From Chiloscyllium plagiosum (taxonomy: Eukaryota): a stretch of DNA of 64,000 nucleotides. A program made the translations under genes and the position numbers. Of this stretch, positions 24,848 through 38,150 are shown piece by piece. How positions within the stretch are numbered: the stretch's first letter is position 1; every line of letters starts with the position of its first letter. The notes below the pieces were generated by a model, which made no database searches, was not told where the DNA came from, and was given only the letters and a program-made list of their open reading frames with translations. The stretch spans positions 7,365,593 through 7,429,592 of the forward strand of contig NC_057759.1 of NCBI RefSeq assembly GCF_004010195.1, in the 5' to 3' direction.

Positions 24848-25254
24848 CTGAAGAATTGAGGGGAAGCAAAGAAAAAAACACACTATGGTCAGTCCCTCAT
24901 GGGAGAGAAGAAGTATGAAACATTATCGAGAGAAAGAGTTAGCTTCCAATGCAATCATGATTGTCAGCTTGTCATTCTCTCACATGTCTTTCCTTAACTC
25001 CTGTTTGTCTTCGTTTGACGTTCCCCTTTTCCAACTTCCTGTCGTTATCTGTTGGTCTCTGCATTTCTCTTTCTCTCTCGGACTCTGTCTCTCTTTCTTG
25101 TTCAATGTCTGTGTCTTTCTCTCTGACGCTGTCTTGTTCTGTGTCCCTTTCTATCTTTCTCTCTCTGTAACGCTCTCACATACATCCCCGCTCCACTCCT
25201 ACACCTCATCCTGCTTTATTTCAATCTCTCGCTTCTATTTCTTTCTCTCCAGAT

Positions 25255-28160
25255 ACCACAGTCAGGGCAGGCAGGGACAAGGTAGGACGAATAGATTAAA
25301 CTGCACTTATTTCAATGCAAGGGGCCGAACAGGGAAGGCAGGTAAAGTCAGGGCATGGTTAGCAACATGGGACTGGGATATCATAGCAATTACAGAAACT
25401 TGGCTCAGGGATGGGCAGGACTGGCAGCTTAATGTTCCAGGATACAAATGCGACAGGAGTGATAGAAAGAGAGGCAAGACTGGGGGGGGGGGGGGGGGAG
25501 TAGCATTTTTGATAAGGGATAGCATTACAGCTGTGCTGAGGGAGGATATTCCCGGAAATACATCCAGGGAAGTTATTTGGGTAGAACTGAGAAATAATAA
25601 AGGGATGATCTTCTCATTGGGATTGTATTATAGACCTCGTAATAGTCAGAGGGAAATTGAGAAACAAACTTGTAAGTAGATATCAGCTAACTGTAAGAAT
25701 AATAGGGTAGTTATGGTAGGGGATTTTAACTTTCCAAACAGCGACTGGGACTGAACAGAGTGTTAAAGGTTTAGATGGAGAGCAATTTCTTAAGTGTGTA
25801 CAAGACAATTTTCTGATACAGATTGTGGAAGTACCTACTATAGAGAAGGTGCAAAACTCGACCTACTCTTTGGAAATAAGGCAGGGCAGGTGCCTGAGGT
25901 GTCAGTGGGGGAGCACTTTGGGTTTTAAAATAATGATAGAAAAGGATAGACCAGATCTAAAAGTTGAATTTCTAAATTGGAGAAAGGCCAATTTTGACGA
26001 TATTAGGCAAGAACTTTCGGCAGCTGATTGGAGGCAGATGTTCGCAGGTAAAGGACGGCTGGAAAATGAGAAGCCTTCAGAAATGAGGTAACAAGAATCC
26101 AGAGAAAGTATATTCCCTTCAGAGTGAAAGGAAAGGCTGGTAGGTATATGGAATGCTGGATGACTCAAGAAATTGAGGGTTTTGTTCAGAAAAAGAAGAA
26201 AGCATATGTCAGGTCTTGACAGGATTGATCGAGTGAATCCTTAGAAGAGTATAAAGAAAGTAGGACTATACTTCAGAGAGAAATCAAAAGAGCAAAAAGG
26301 GGACATGAGATAGCTTTGGCAAATAGAATTAAGGAGAATCCAAAGGGTTTTTACAAATATATTAAGGAAAAAAGGGTAACTAGGGAGAGAATAGGGCCCC
26401 TCAAAGATCAGCAAGGCGGCTTTTGTGTGGAGCCACTGAAAATGGGAGGGATACTAAATGAATGTTTTGTATCAGTATTTGCTGTGGAAAAGGATATGGA
26501 AATTACAGACTGAAGGGAAATAAATGGTGACATCTTGCAAAATGTACAGATTGCAGAGGAGGAAGTGCTGGATCTCTTGAAACAGGAAAAGGTGGATAAA
26601 TCCACAGGACGTTATCAGGTGTACCAGAGAACTCTGTGGGAAGTCAGAGAACTGATTGCTGGGCCTCTTGATGAGATATTTGTATCATCAATAGTCATAG
26701 GTATGGTGCCGGAAGACTGGAGGTTGACAAAAGTGGTGCCATTTTTTAAGAAGGGTGGTGAAGACAAACCAGGGAAGCATAGACCTGACCTCGGTGGTGG
26801 GCAATTTGTTGGAGGGAATCCTTAGGGACAGGATGTACATGTATTTGGAAAGGCAATGACTGATTAGTGGTATTCAACATGTCTTGGTGCGTGGGAAATC
26901 ATGTCTCACAAACTTTATTGAGTTTCTTAAAGCAGTAACAAAGAGGATCGATTTGGGCAGAGCAGTAGATGTGATCTATATGGACTTCAGTAAGGCGTTT
27001 GACAAGGTTTCCCATGGGAGACTGGTTAGTAAGGTTAGATCTCATGAAATACAGGGAGAACTTGCCATTTTGATACCGAACAGGCTCAAAGGTAGAAGAC
27101 AGGGGGTGGTGGTGGAGGGTTATTTTTTAGACTGGAGGCCTGTGATGGGTGGAGTTCCACAAGGATCGGTACTGGGTCTTCTACGTTTTGTCATTTACAC
27201 AAATAATTTGGGTGCGAGCATAATAGGTACAGTTAGTACGTTTGCAGATGACACCAAAATTGGAGGTGTAATGTACAGCGAAGAGGGTTACCTCAGATTA
27301 CAACAGGATCTGGACCAGATGGGCCAATGGGCTGAGAAGTGACAGATGGAGTTTAATTCAGATAAATGCGAGGTGCTGCATTTTGGGAAGCAAATCTTAG
27401 CAGGACTTGTACACTTATTGGTAAGGTCCTAGGAAGTGTTGCTGAACAAAGAGACCTTGGAGTGCAGGTTCATAGCTTCATGAAAGTGGAGTCGCAGGTA
27501 GATAGGATAGTGAAGAAGACGTTTGGTATGCTTTCCTTCATTGGTCATAGTATTGAGTACAGGAGTTGGGAGGTCATGTTGCGGCTGTACAGGACATTGG
27601 TTAGGCCACTGTTGGAAAGTTGCATGCAATTCTGGTCTCCTTCCTACCGGAAAGATGTTGTGTAAGGTGAAAGGGTTCTGAAAAGATTTACCAGGATATT
27701 GCCAGCGTTGGAGGATTTGTGCTATAGGGAGAGGCTAAACAGGCTGGGGCCGTTTTCCCAGGAGCGTCGGAGGCTGAGTGGAGACCTTACAGAGGTTTAC
27801 AAAATTATGAGGGGCATGGATAGGATAAATAGGCAAAGTTATTTCTTTGGGATCGGGGAGTCCAGAACGAGATGGCATAGGTTTAGGGTGGGAAGGGAAA
27901 AATAAAAAAGAGACCTAATAAGCAACCTTTCCAAACAGAGGGTGATGCGTGTTTGGAATGAGCTGCCAGAGGAAGTGATGGAGGCTGGTGCAATTGCAGC
28001 ATTTAAAAGGCATTTGGATGGGACTATGAATCGGAAGGGTTTGTAGGGATATGAGCCAGGTGCTGGCAGGTGGGATTAGATTGGGTTGGGATATCTGGTC
28101 GGCATAGACGGGTTGGACCGAAGGGTCTGTTTCCATGCTGTACATCCCAATGACTCCATG
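25255..28160 (+). mobile_element. CR1 LINE, near-complete ORF2 with stops and frameshifts
   Basis: LNCTYFNARG, DIIAITETWL, YMDFSKAFDKV, GVPQGSVLG, FADDTKIG motifs and 3' tail. Absent from unit A. Confidence 0.95.
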
Positions 28161-29908
28161 ATTCTTTTTATCCTTGTTTTCACGTTCATTCTCTTGCTGT
28201 CCCTTTCTCTTAAATATTCTAGCCCCCATCTTTATGTCTTTCTATTTCATCAGCTTTCCTTCCATATTTCTCTCCTTCATTCTCTCCTAGACTCGAACTA
28301 TTTCATTCGTTTTTTCTGTTGATCTCACTTAAATCGCTTTATCTCTCTGTCACACTTCTACATTTGTCTCCAGTTTAATATATCTCATTTTGTTCTTTGC
28401 ATTGTTAGCTCTGTCTGACACTTTTTTCCCCGGTGTCTCATTGTTCACTCTGTCTTGTTTTTCCCCTGCCCCTTGCTTCATTTTCTCTTCCTGTCTTTTG
28501 TCTGTCGTACCAGGAAATGGAAAAACAGAAATGACAGAGCAAGAGAAACTGGGAGAATGGAGTTTATCTCTGAACGATTAGAACGAAACAGGCATTTCAA
28601 TTGCAGAATTCTGTCGATTCTCTGGTCTAAAATAGTGTGTGAAAATAGACAGAGGTGAATGTCAGTGGATGTGTGGGGGGTACTTTTAAGCAGCTATTTC
28701 ATAACACGCAGCAATGATTGACTATAGGCAAAAAGAAAGACTCGAGAAAAAGATGAACCATCAATGGTGCACAAAAGCTGTCAAGGTTATAAACCAATCA
28801 CAAATTAAAGAATTCAGGTTGACAAGCAATAGTGTCGACCGAATTTGGGATGTTTATTTTCGGAACCAGAAACAGATAATACAGAGCAAAATGAAAAGGA
28901 AAAGCATAAAATTGACAAGAAATGTATAAGCCAGCTGCAGGAGCGTTTCCATACAGAATTAAACAAAATCCAATGTGGGTGTGACCCTTGAAAAAAGCTC
29001 AGGGTAGCATAAGTGGGACAGCTGGAGGATGGAACTGGGGTTTGATTTCAGGGAACAGGCAAAGAATTGACTCCAATATTTTACATCGTTCTTCACATGG
29101 GAAGTTACGAAGTTATTTCATAGAACATAAAATATAAAACAGAGAACGTTACAGAACACTACAGGTTCTTCGGCCCTTATGTCATACTGACGTGTCAATT
29201 TAATCTGATACTCATCGAATCTACACCGTTCCATTGTTGTCCATATATATGTCCAATGCCCATTTAAATGCCCTTAACGTCAGGGAGTCTACTACCTTTG
29301 CAGGCAGGCCGTTCCACGCCACTACTACTCTCCGAGTAAAGAAACTGCCCAATGTATCAGACCTAAATCACCCCTCAATTTTAAGATTCGTTCCCTCTAT
29401 GTGGCCTTCACCATCCGAGGAAAAAGGATCTCACTGTCCACCCAACCGAACCCTTGGATTATGTTATATGTCTCGATGAAATCACATCTTAATCTTCTTC
29501 TCTCCAACAAAAACAGTTTCAGTTCGCTCAGCCTTTCCTAATAAAACATTCCTTCCATTCAATGCAACACCCGAGGAAATCTCCTCTGAACCCTTTCCAA
29601 AGTTTCCACATCATTCCTACAATGTGGTGGCCAGAACTGAACACAATACTCCATGGGCGGTCTTACCAGTATCTTGCACACCCGAAACCAGTCACCCTAC
29701 CAATGAAAGCCAACACACTGTATGCCTTCTTGACAACTCTATCAGCCGGGGTGGAACATTTCAAGGATTTATGCACGTGGACAAAGTTATCTCTTTGTTC
29801 ATCTGCACTGCCAAGAATTTTACAATTAGGCCAGTACCCTGCATTCCTGTTGCTTCTTCGGAAGTGATCTCACTCACACTTTTCTGCGTTAAACTTTATT
29901 TACCACGT

Positions 29909-30219
29909 GGGCGGCACGGTGGCACAGTGGTTAGCACTGCTGCCTCACAGCGCCAGAGACCCGGCTTCAATTCCCGACTCAGGCGACTGACTGTGTGGAG
30001 TTTGCACATTCTCCCCGTGTCTGCGTGGGCTTCCTCCGGGTGCTCCGGTTTCCTGCCACAGTCCAAAGATGTGCGGGTCAGTTGCATTGGCCATGCTAAA
30101 TTGCCCGTAGTGTTAGGTTAAAGGGGTAAATGTAGGGGTATGGGTGGGTTGCGCTTCGGCGGGTCGGTGTGGACTTGTTGGGCCGAAGGGCCTGTTTCCA
30201 CACTGTAAGTAATCTAATC
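29909..30219 (+). mobile_element. tRNA-derived SINE (HE1/V-SINE type)
   Basis: Same family as 21423; inserted in the CR1; absent at paralogous ~12592. Confidence 0.92.
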
Positions 30220-30644
30220 TTCTCAGCCCAGCTCTGCATCTTGTCTATGTCGCTCTGTAATCCATAACATCCGTCGGCACGATCCACAACTCTGCCTACC
30301 TATGTCCACATCCATATCATTTACAAAAATGAGAAGCAGAAGAGAGCCAAAAACAGATCCTTGCGGCACATTACCGAGAACTGACCGTCAGGATGAACAT
30401 TTTCCATCAATCACCACCCCCTGACTTCTTCCAGCTGCACAATTTCTGATTCAAATCGCTAAATCACCTCCAATCTCGAAACTCTGTATTTTGTGCAATT
30501 GCTTACTGTGCGGAAGCTTATCAAATGCTTCATTGAAGTTAGTATGCCCACATCAGCCGCTTTGGCTTCATTCACCTGTTTTGTCACCTATTTGAAGAAC
30601 TCAATAAGGTTATTGAGGCACGGCCTACCCTTCTAGAAACCGTG

Positions 30645-30885
30645 GTGAAAATGTGTTACTGGAAAAGCGCAGCAGGTCAGGCAGCATTCAAGGAACAGGA
30701 GAATCGACGTTTCGGGCATAAGCCCTTATTCAGGAATGAGGAAAGACACTTTCCTCATTCCTGAAGAAGGGCTTATGCCCGAAACGTCGATTCTCCTGTT
30801 CCTTAGATGCTGCCTGACCTGCTGCGCTTTTCCAGCAACACATTTTCAGCTCTGATCTCCAGCATCTGCAGTCCTCACTTTCTCC
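30645..30885. mobile_element. Penelope-like element end, inverted-repeat form, hammerhead motif at 30757-30792, 14-bp TSD
   Basis: Inverted arms about 95 nt long around gacac; ctgaaga-agggc-ttat-gccc-gaaa-cgtc; ttctagaaaccgtg/ttctaaaaaccgtg flanks; empty site at ~14900. Confidence 0.82.
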
Positions 30886-33800
30886 TTCTAAAAACCGTGT
30901 TGACTATCCCTAATCAAATTACTCCTTTCTAGACGATATAAATCTTATTTCACAATATTTTCCAACAACTTAACCAGAACCGAAATAAGTCTCACTGATC
31001 TTTCATTATCAGGTTTATCCCGACTCCCCTTCTTTAACACCGTAACAACATTTGTTGTCCTCCAATCTTCTGACACTAATCCTGTCGACATTGATGGCAT
31101 AAAGATCAAAGCCAAAGGCTCTGTAATCTTGCCCCTGGCTTCCCAGAGAAGCCGAGCGTAAATGCCATCCAGCCCAGGGGTCTTATCTATTTTCAGATTT
31201 TCCAAAATTTCAAAAACCTCTTCGTTGTCATCCACAGTCTCACCCAATCTATTAGCCTGCATCTCCGTATTCTCACTAACATTGCCCTCCAACGTGAATA
31301 CTGATAAAAAGTCTTCATTAAGCGCTTACCCTATGTCCTCAGTTTCCAAGCATAACATTCCACTACTATCTTGGATTGGCCTAATCTTCCTCCAGTCATT
31401 CTTTAAATCCTGGTATTCCTATGAATACCCTTCGAGCTTTCCTTGATCTTATCCAATAGCAATTTCTCATATCCACTCCTGAATCTTCTAAGTATTCTGT
31501 GTGGGTCTTTTCTGGCTAACGTATAACTGTCAAGCCCTGTAATCCAGACTTCACGCCTTGTTCTCACATAAGCCTTCCTCTTCCTATTTACAAGAGCTTC
31601 AACTTCTTTCGCAAACTATGGCTGATAGGTGTATACTTATCAAGGACCCGTAGTAGCAACTCCTTGAACAAGCTCCACATTTCATGTGTGCCCATCCCCT
31701 GCAGTTTCCTTCCCAATCCTATGCATGTTAAATCTTGCCAATCGCATCATAATTGCCTTCTCCTGCTATCCTTCTTGCCCTGCGGTATATACCCGTCTCT
31801 GCCCATTGCTATTGTAAACATAACCGAATTGTAATCACGATCGCCAAAGGGCTCACTACCTCCAAAACTAACACCTGGCCGCGTTCATTCCTCAGTACCA
31901 ATTCCAGTATGGCATCGCCCCTTGTTGTCCTGTCTACATACTGTGTCAGAAAGCGCATTGAACAGAAACTTACCCATCTAAACTACTTGAACTATATTAT
32001 TCACAGTCAATATTGGAGATGTTAAAGGCCCCCATAAAAACAATTCTGTCACTCCATTCCTGTCGAGAATCATCTTTGCTATTCTTTCCTCTATATCACT
32101 GGAACAATTCGGAGGCCTGTAGAAAACCCCCAAGAGGGTGACCTCTCCTTCCCTGTTTCTAACCTTAGCCCAAACTACCTCAGTCGATTAGTCCTCAAAC
32201 GTTTTCTCAGCTGCTGTAATACTACCTTTATTTAACAATGCCAACACCCCCTCTTCCCAGCACACCCCTTTTAGCATCTTCTCTGTTCTTACTGAAACGT
32301 CTAAATCCCAAAATCTACAATAACCATTCTCTCCCTCCTCTAGCTATGTCTCTGAAGTAGCCACAACATCTAAATCCCCGGGATCAATCCCTGCTGCAAG
32401 TTCACCAACCGCATTCTGGATGCTCCTTGCATTTAAGTACACACATTTTAGACCAAAATCCTGATTGCCAGTGCACTCTCGCGACCTTGTAATCCCACCC
32501 CTGATTTCACTATCCTCAAACCCCTGTTCACTGGAACTACAGTTCAGATTCCCATCTCCCTGCTGTATTAGTTTAACCCCTTCCCCCGAAGAACATTAGC
32601 AACTCAACCCCCTATCCCCAGAATACGGGTACCCCTCTGGTCCATGTGAAGTCCACCTTGTTTGTAGAGGTGCCACTTTTTCCAGACAGAGCTCCAATTT
32701 TCCAAGAATCAAAAACCGTCAGTTCTGCACCATTTCTGCTGCCACATGTTCAGCTCTGCTCTAACCCTGTTTCATACTTCACTAGCAGGTGGCACGGACA
32801 ACAAACCAGAGATACTAATCTCTGTTTGTTCTCGCTCTAAGGTTCCACCCTAGCTTCCTGAATTTCTGCCTGCGATTCCCACGTTTCTTCCTACCAACAT
32901 CGTTGGTATAAATATGCACCACGACTTGGGCCTGCTCCCCCTCCGCCGCAAGGATCGCAAAAACAGGATGAGGGACATCACGAACCCTGGCACCGGGGAG
33001 GCAATACACCGAACTTGAATCTCCATCTTTCCCACCGTCCCCTTAAATATGCAGTTCCCAATGACTAAATCTCTGTTCCTCTTCTACCTTCCTGTCTGAG
33101 CAGCAAAGACAGTCTCTGTGGCCGACGCCTGTGCCCCATTGCTTACCCTTGGTAATTCCCCCACCCGAAACAGTATCAACATGGTATATTTGTTGAGGGG
33201 AACCACCACAGGAGATCTCTGTACTTGCTGCCAATTCCCTTTCCTACTCCTGACCCCTCTACTTTATTCACATGGCTGTGGATGAACGATCTCCATATAA
33301 CTCCTCTCAATAACTGCCTCAGCCTCCCGAATGATCTAATCTTCATCCATCTCTCGATCCAGCTCCCTCAATGAGCTGGAGTTGGTTGGACTTCCCACAA
33401 ATGAAGTCAGCAGCAACTTTAGAGGTGACCATTACCTCCCACATACTGCAAAAGGAACATTCAACTGCCCTAACCTCCAATCCCACTAATCTAATTTCCC
33501 CAATAGACCGCTGAAAAAATGAAACACGAAAGAAAACACATGCCACCTTCTCAACTGACGCACAGAACATTTATTTTGGTTTGAGGAGGAGGAAAGGTGG
33601 GTGACATTACCCGAATAGTGTTTCTGATAAAGCAGCTGCCCAAATCTGTAACCTTGTGCACTCTCTGAACGACGCCAGCAAATAACGATCACCGAACCTA
33701 AAAGTAAGTAATTTGTACAGTATACTCACGTATCCTGAGAGACTCCGCTGCTCCCAGGTGACCTTGTAACATCTCCGACAGACTCCAGGACCTAAAGAAC

Positions 33801-36800
33801 ACCGGACCTAAAGTTAGTGATTTATACAGTATACTGACATATCCTGACTTTATCCGCTGCTCTCTGGTGACCTCGTAACATCTCCGACAGACTCCAGGAA
33901 CATATATTCAATAAAATAAGCAGGATGGAAATAGGACTATAGTTCTTGAACTGTCTCTAACAAGAGGAACAAGGTTTCTCTTAAACAGAGAAGACCAAGG
34001 GTATACATATCAGCAGCAACTGACACATAGTTTTAGAAGAAGTGGTTACAGAGTGACCACATGGCACTAAGGATGTAAGGAATCTGAACGGTAATATCTA
34101 TAATGTCAGTGAGAGGGCGAATAATTGGCCAATAAAGTTTATGGTTAAAAAAAAAAGGATGAGGTCGTGCATGTTAACCCTGAGAGCAAAAAGGGCAGAC
34201 TGTTAGTGAATGCAGAAAACCCCAAAAAGAAGTGCAGTACAACTCATTGGGGTGTTCCTGCATAAGAATCATAAAGTTAGCACATTGGTGCAGTAAGCAA
34301 CTCGGCTGAGTCATTAGGTTTATTCTTGGAATGAAAGTGTTAATTTATCAAAAACATCTAAAATGTTTCGGCATTTATTCATTGTAATTGAAGTGAATGA
34401 GGGGTAATATTACTGAAATGTACAAAATCCAGATGGGGCTTGCGAAGGTAGATGTTAAGAATGCGGTTCTACCCCTGGACTGAGTCTCAAATTCAGGGAG
34501 ATGGATACAGAATAAGCGATGTAGATTTAAAATTGAGATGCAGAGAAATGTCTTCTGTCAGAAGATAGTGATTGTCTGGAATTCCCTTACCCGAAGAGTT
34601 GTGGCAGATAGGTCACTAAAATTCTTTACATATAGAGTGGATGGGTTTTTGACATATTGGTGATTTGAGGGATGCAGGAAAGTGGAGTTGAGAAATGGAG
34701 TAGGTCAGCCATTTCTTTTTTAATGACAGGGCTTCGACAATTGAGAGTAAGTGGGAGTTAAATATTTGAATTTTCAGAAGAAGTTTGACATGGTTGAATA
34801 CGGGTGAGTGGACAATGTTAGGTTCAGTGGGTAGGTAGGGAAGGAATGCATGCCATGTGGATAAAAATTGGGTAATGTACAAAATGAAGACCGTATGTTT
34901 TTTGTCCTCTGGACGGAAGGATTGTGGGGTATCAGAACGACCAAGGCTCTAATAATACCTGCTTGCAAGGTATAAAAATGATTCCGATCTGAACAACGTA
35001 CATGATGATTCTAATTTATGTTCATTAAACAGGGAGAGCTTGCGAAGTGCTGTTGTTAAAAAGGGCCTTGGTTATAATTCAGTCGCAGAATTCATGCAGG
35101 CCCGTAAGTAACAATAACTGTAAATGATATGTGGTCCTTCATGCAAAATGATTAAGGTATCAGAGTAAATATGTCTTAGTGAGTAGTAGTGTGTTTTGAG
35201 AGATTGTTTGGGATTTTCTGTATAGATTTGGTCTGCTTTATAAATAATAATCTCCATGTCAACGAGACAGTGTAAATGAGTTTCAACAGACTAGACCCTG
35301 GTATGACGTTAGCATGAGAACAGAGTGAAGTAGCAATGTGTTTAATCTTCAGCGCTGTGAGAGAATAAGAATTTGAACATTGATGGTTATGGACACACAC
35401 TCAGTATGTCCCAAACAACCATAGAATGCAAGAAATTCCATTCTGTCCGTAGGATGGTTGGTTCCCAATATTTTACGTGCCTGCACAGAGAGGTATAGGC
35501 TTTGAATGCACTCTGGACATTTTATTGCACAGCAACTATGTGGCACTGCACTCAACGTTACATTGTTCCCAACCTGTCAGCAAACACAACGCCTTAATTC
35601 TGAAACAGTTAGCCTTTCCCCACCAGCTTGTGATTTCCAGAGAGAACATGGTTCTGCTCTCTCAGCGATTGAAGATGCTTTTGAGACTAGTTTAAAAAAA
35701 GCTTCATTCCCACTGCCAGAAAACCATGTTGAAGTAACTCGTATGTACCATGAGTAATGAAGCCACGAGGAACAACAGGGAACAGTCCATCTGCGCAGTT
35801 CCTGCTCCATTTGTTTCTGAAGTTGGAACATCTCTGACAGCTTCCTGTTCATGTGTTCGTGACTTGAGAAGCTGAATAACCTCTTCTTGTTTCTTTGTAA
35901 ATGATTCGAGGTTTGAAATGGCCTCGTTCTGATCCCGTGTAAGTGACCCGTGGAAGTGAGCAGACTGCTTGTCATCCCGTGTAACAAGCGGGAGGGACTG
36001 AATGGGCTGTTCTTCTTCATCCCCAATAGTATTGATGAGATGAATGACTTCTCCACATCCTTGTGAAGCCTAATGGAGGTACTGAATGATTTCCTTCAGT
36101 TTCGGTGGGAATGTGAAGAGTCTAGCAGCGCTGTCACATGAATGTTACCGACACTTTAACAGCCATAGCTTGACTGTTCTCCAGGCCTTGTTGCACATAT
36201 ACACAGACTGCATCAAGGGATGTTCGGGGACAAATTGTTCTGAACATTGTGCAACCTACAATAAATATCCACATTTCTGATCGGTGTGAACTCAATTTGC
36301 TGAATACTGCTTCCACACTGCCGGGATTCCACGATGACAAACAGGAGATGCCTGGGTTCAGGAAGCTACCCAGAGGATCTCCTGTACAGCTGTCCCACGG
36401 CTGAGGTGATTGATGTCCACCGATGATAAACATCCTCCATTGTACTTTGAATGACTCCAAAAAATGGGGAGTTTGCAATAGATTTTCATGAAGCACAATT
36501 TTGCTCAGGTTCCTTGATGTCATCCTCAGGTAAATACTGCCTTGATATCAGGGCCAGTTGTTCTTATGAAAGTCCTTGTGTTGACCTCTATTGCTCATAT
36601 CAGTTAGTCATGGTGTAGGATCATGAAGTGATTTCTTCAAAAAGAGGGCAACGAACGACAGGAATTGTCTGGGAACTTCCCTTCCTGTCTCTCATTATCC
36701 CTGACTCACTTCTCTTTTAAATAATTTAAGAGCGCAATTTGAAAAAAAAAAACGTAAACAGAGAGGCACCACAAACATTGAGGGAAGAGATTTCCCACTT

Positions 36801-36839
36801 GAAACGCCCTTTTATTATTTTTTTTCCTCAGCTCTCTTG

Positions 36840-38150
36840 CAGAGTCATACAGCACTGAACCTTGTCCACATTGACCATTCATCCCAATCAGATCTCGTCC
36901 CACTTGACATCATCAGACCCATATCCTCCACTCCTTCCTGTTAATCCTGGTGTCTTTTAAATTTGTAACGTTACCAGCCGACATCGCTTTCTCTGACAGC
37001 TCGTTCTACACACACACACCACTCTCTGCAACAAACTTCTGTCCCTTTTACATCTTTGTCGTCTCACCTTAATCATTTTTCCTTTAGTTTTGGACTTTAT
37101 TATCCTGGGAAAAGACCTTGGCTATTATGGCTATCCAGGCCCCTCATGATTTTAGAAGCCAGTATAATGTCTCGCCCCAGCCTCTGATGCTCCAAAGTGA
37201 AAAAGAAAGCTCCAGTCCGCCCAGCGTCGGCCTGTAGCTTAATTCCTCCAGTTCCAGCAATCTGCTTGTAAATCTTTTCTGCACCTTGTCAAGTTTTGCA
37301 ACATCTTTCCTGTAGCAGCGAGAACCAAATGAAATACATTGTTCTAAATGTGGCCCAACCAAAGTTCTGCCCAGTCGCAACATCAGCTCCCAAGTTGCAT
37401 ACTCAATGCATTGACCAATGAAGTCAAGCATGCCAAACTCCTTCTTCACGATCCTGTCTACTGTGACTCCAGTACTGAGCCTGCACCCTTTTGTTCAACA
37501 ACACTCTCCAGGGCCCAACCATAAATTGTGCAAGTCCTGTCCTGCTTTTACTTACCAAAATGGAACACTTCACATTTGTCTAAATTAAACACAATTTGTC
37601 ACTCCTTAGCCTATTGACCCATCTAACCAAAGTCCCATTGTACTCTGAGGTAAACATTACTGGCCACTGTTCCTCGAATTTTGATGTAATCTGCAAACAC
37701 ACTAAGCAGGCAAATGTTCACATTCAAATCACTTATATAAATGACAAAAATTAGTGGACTCAGCACTGGTGGTACACCAGTGGTCGCAGGGTTCCATTCT
37801 GGAAAGCAATCCTCTATGAACCTCTATCTCCTATCTTCAATCTAATTTTGTAGTCAATTGGCTAGCTCAGCTTGGATCCATTTTAAATCTCGTATTACTA
37901 ACTTGTCTGCCATATGGGATCCTGTCGACCGCCGAGCTGAAGTGCATATGAATAACGTCTCCCACTCTGCCTTCATCAATCTTATTTTTCACCTCTTCAA
38001 AAGGCAATCGAGTTTGTTAGATATGATTTCTCAACCACAAAGCGATGCTGAGTATGCCTAATCAGTCGGTGCATTTGAAAATGCGTGTAAATCCCATCCC
38101 TGACAATCCTGTCCAACAACTTACTCACCAATGATTTCAGGCTCACTGAT
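36840..38150 (-). mobile_element. CR1 LINE 3' fragment
   Basis: RTLVGPHLEQC ... RKDVAKLDKVQKRFT peptide; 3' tail near 36845. Confidence 0.85.

Larger units (their letters stand above)
29120..33900 (-). mobile_element. Old near full-length CR1 LINE (paralog of 11790-17960)
   Basis: DKTPGLDGIYARLLWE; ORF1 CLPGARVRDV ... VVVHIYTNDVG (esterase) and VECSFCSMWEV ... FICGK (zinc-finger remnant). Confidence 0.88.
21215..34730 (+). repeat. Segmental tandem duplication, unit B
   Basis: See unit A. Similarity ends after tttaatgacagg (~19370/~34730). Confidence 0.93.

Noticed and set aside
24885..25679. 264-aa ORF, the longest in the window
   Set aside because: A chance fusion of a CT-rich tract with the N-terminus of a CR1 endonuclease, ending at a premature stop.
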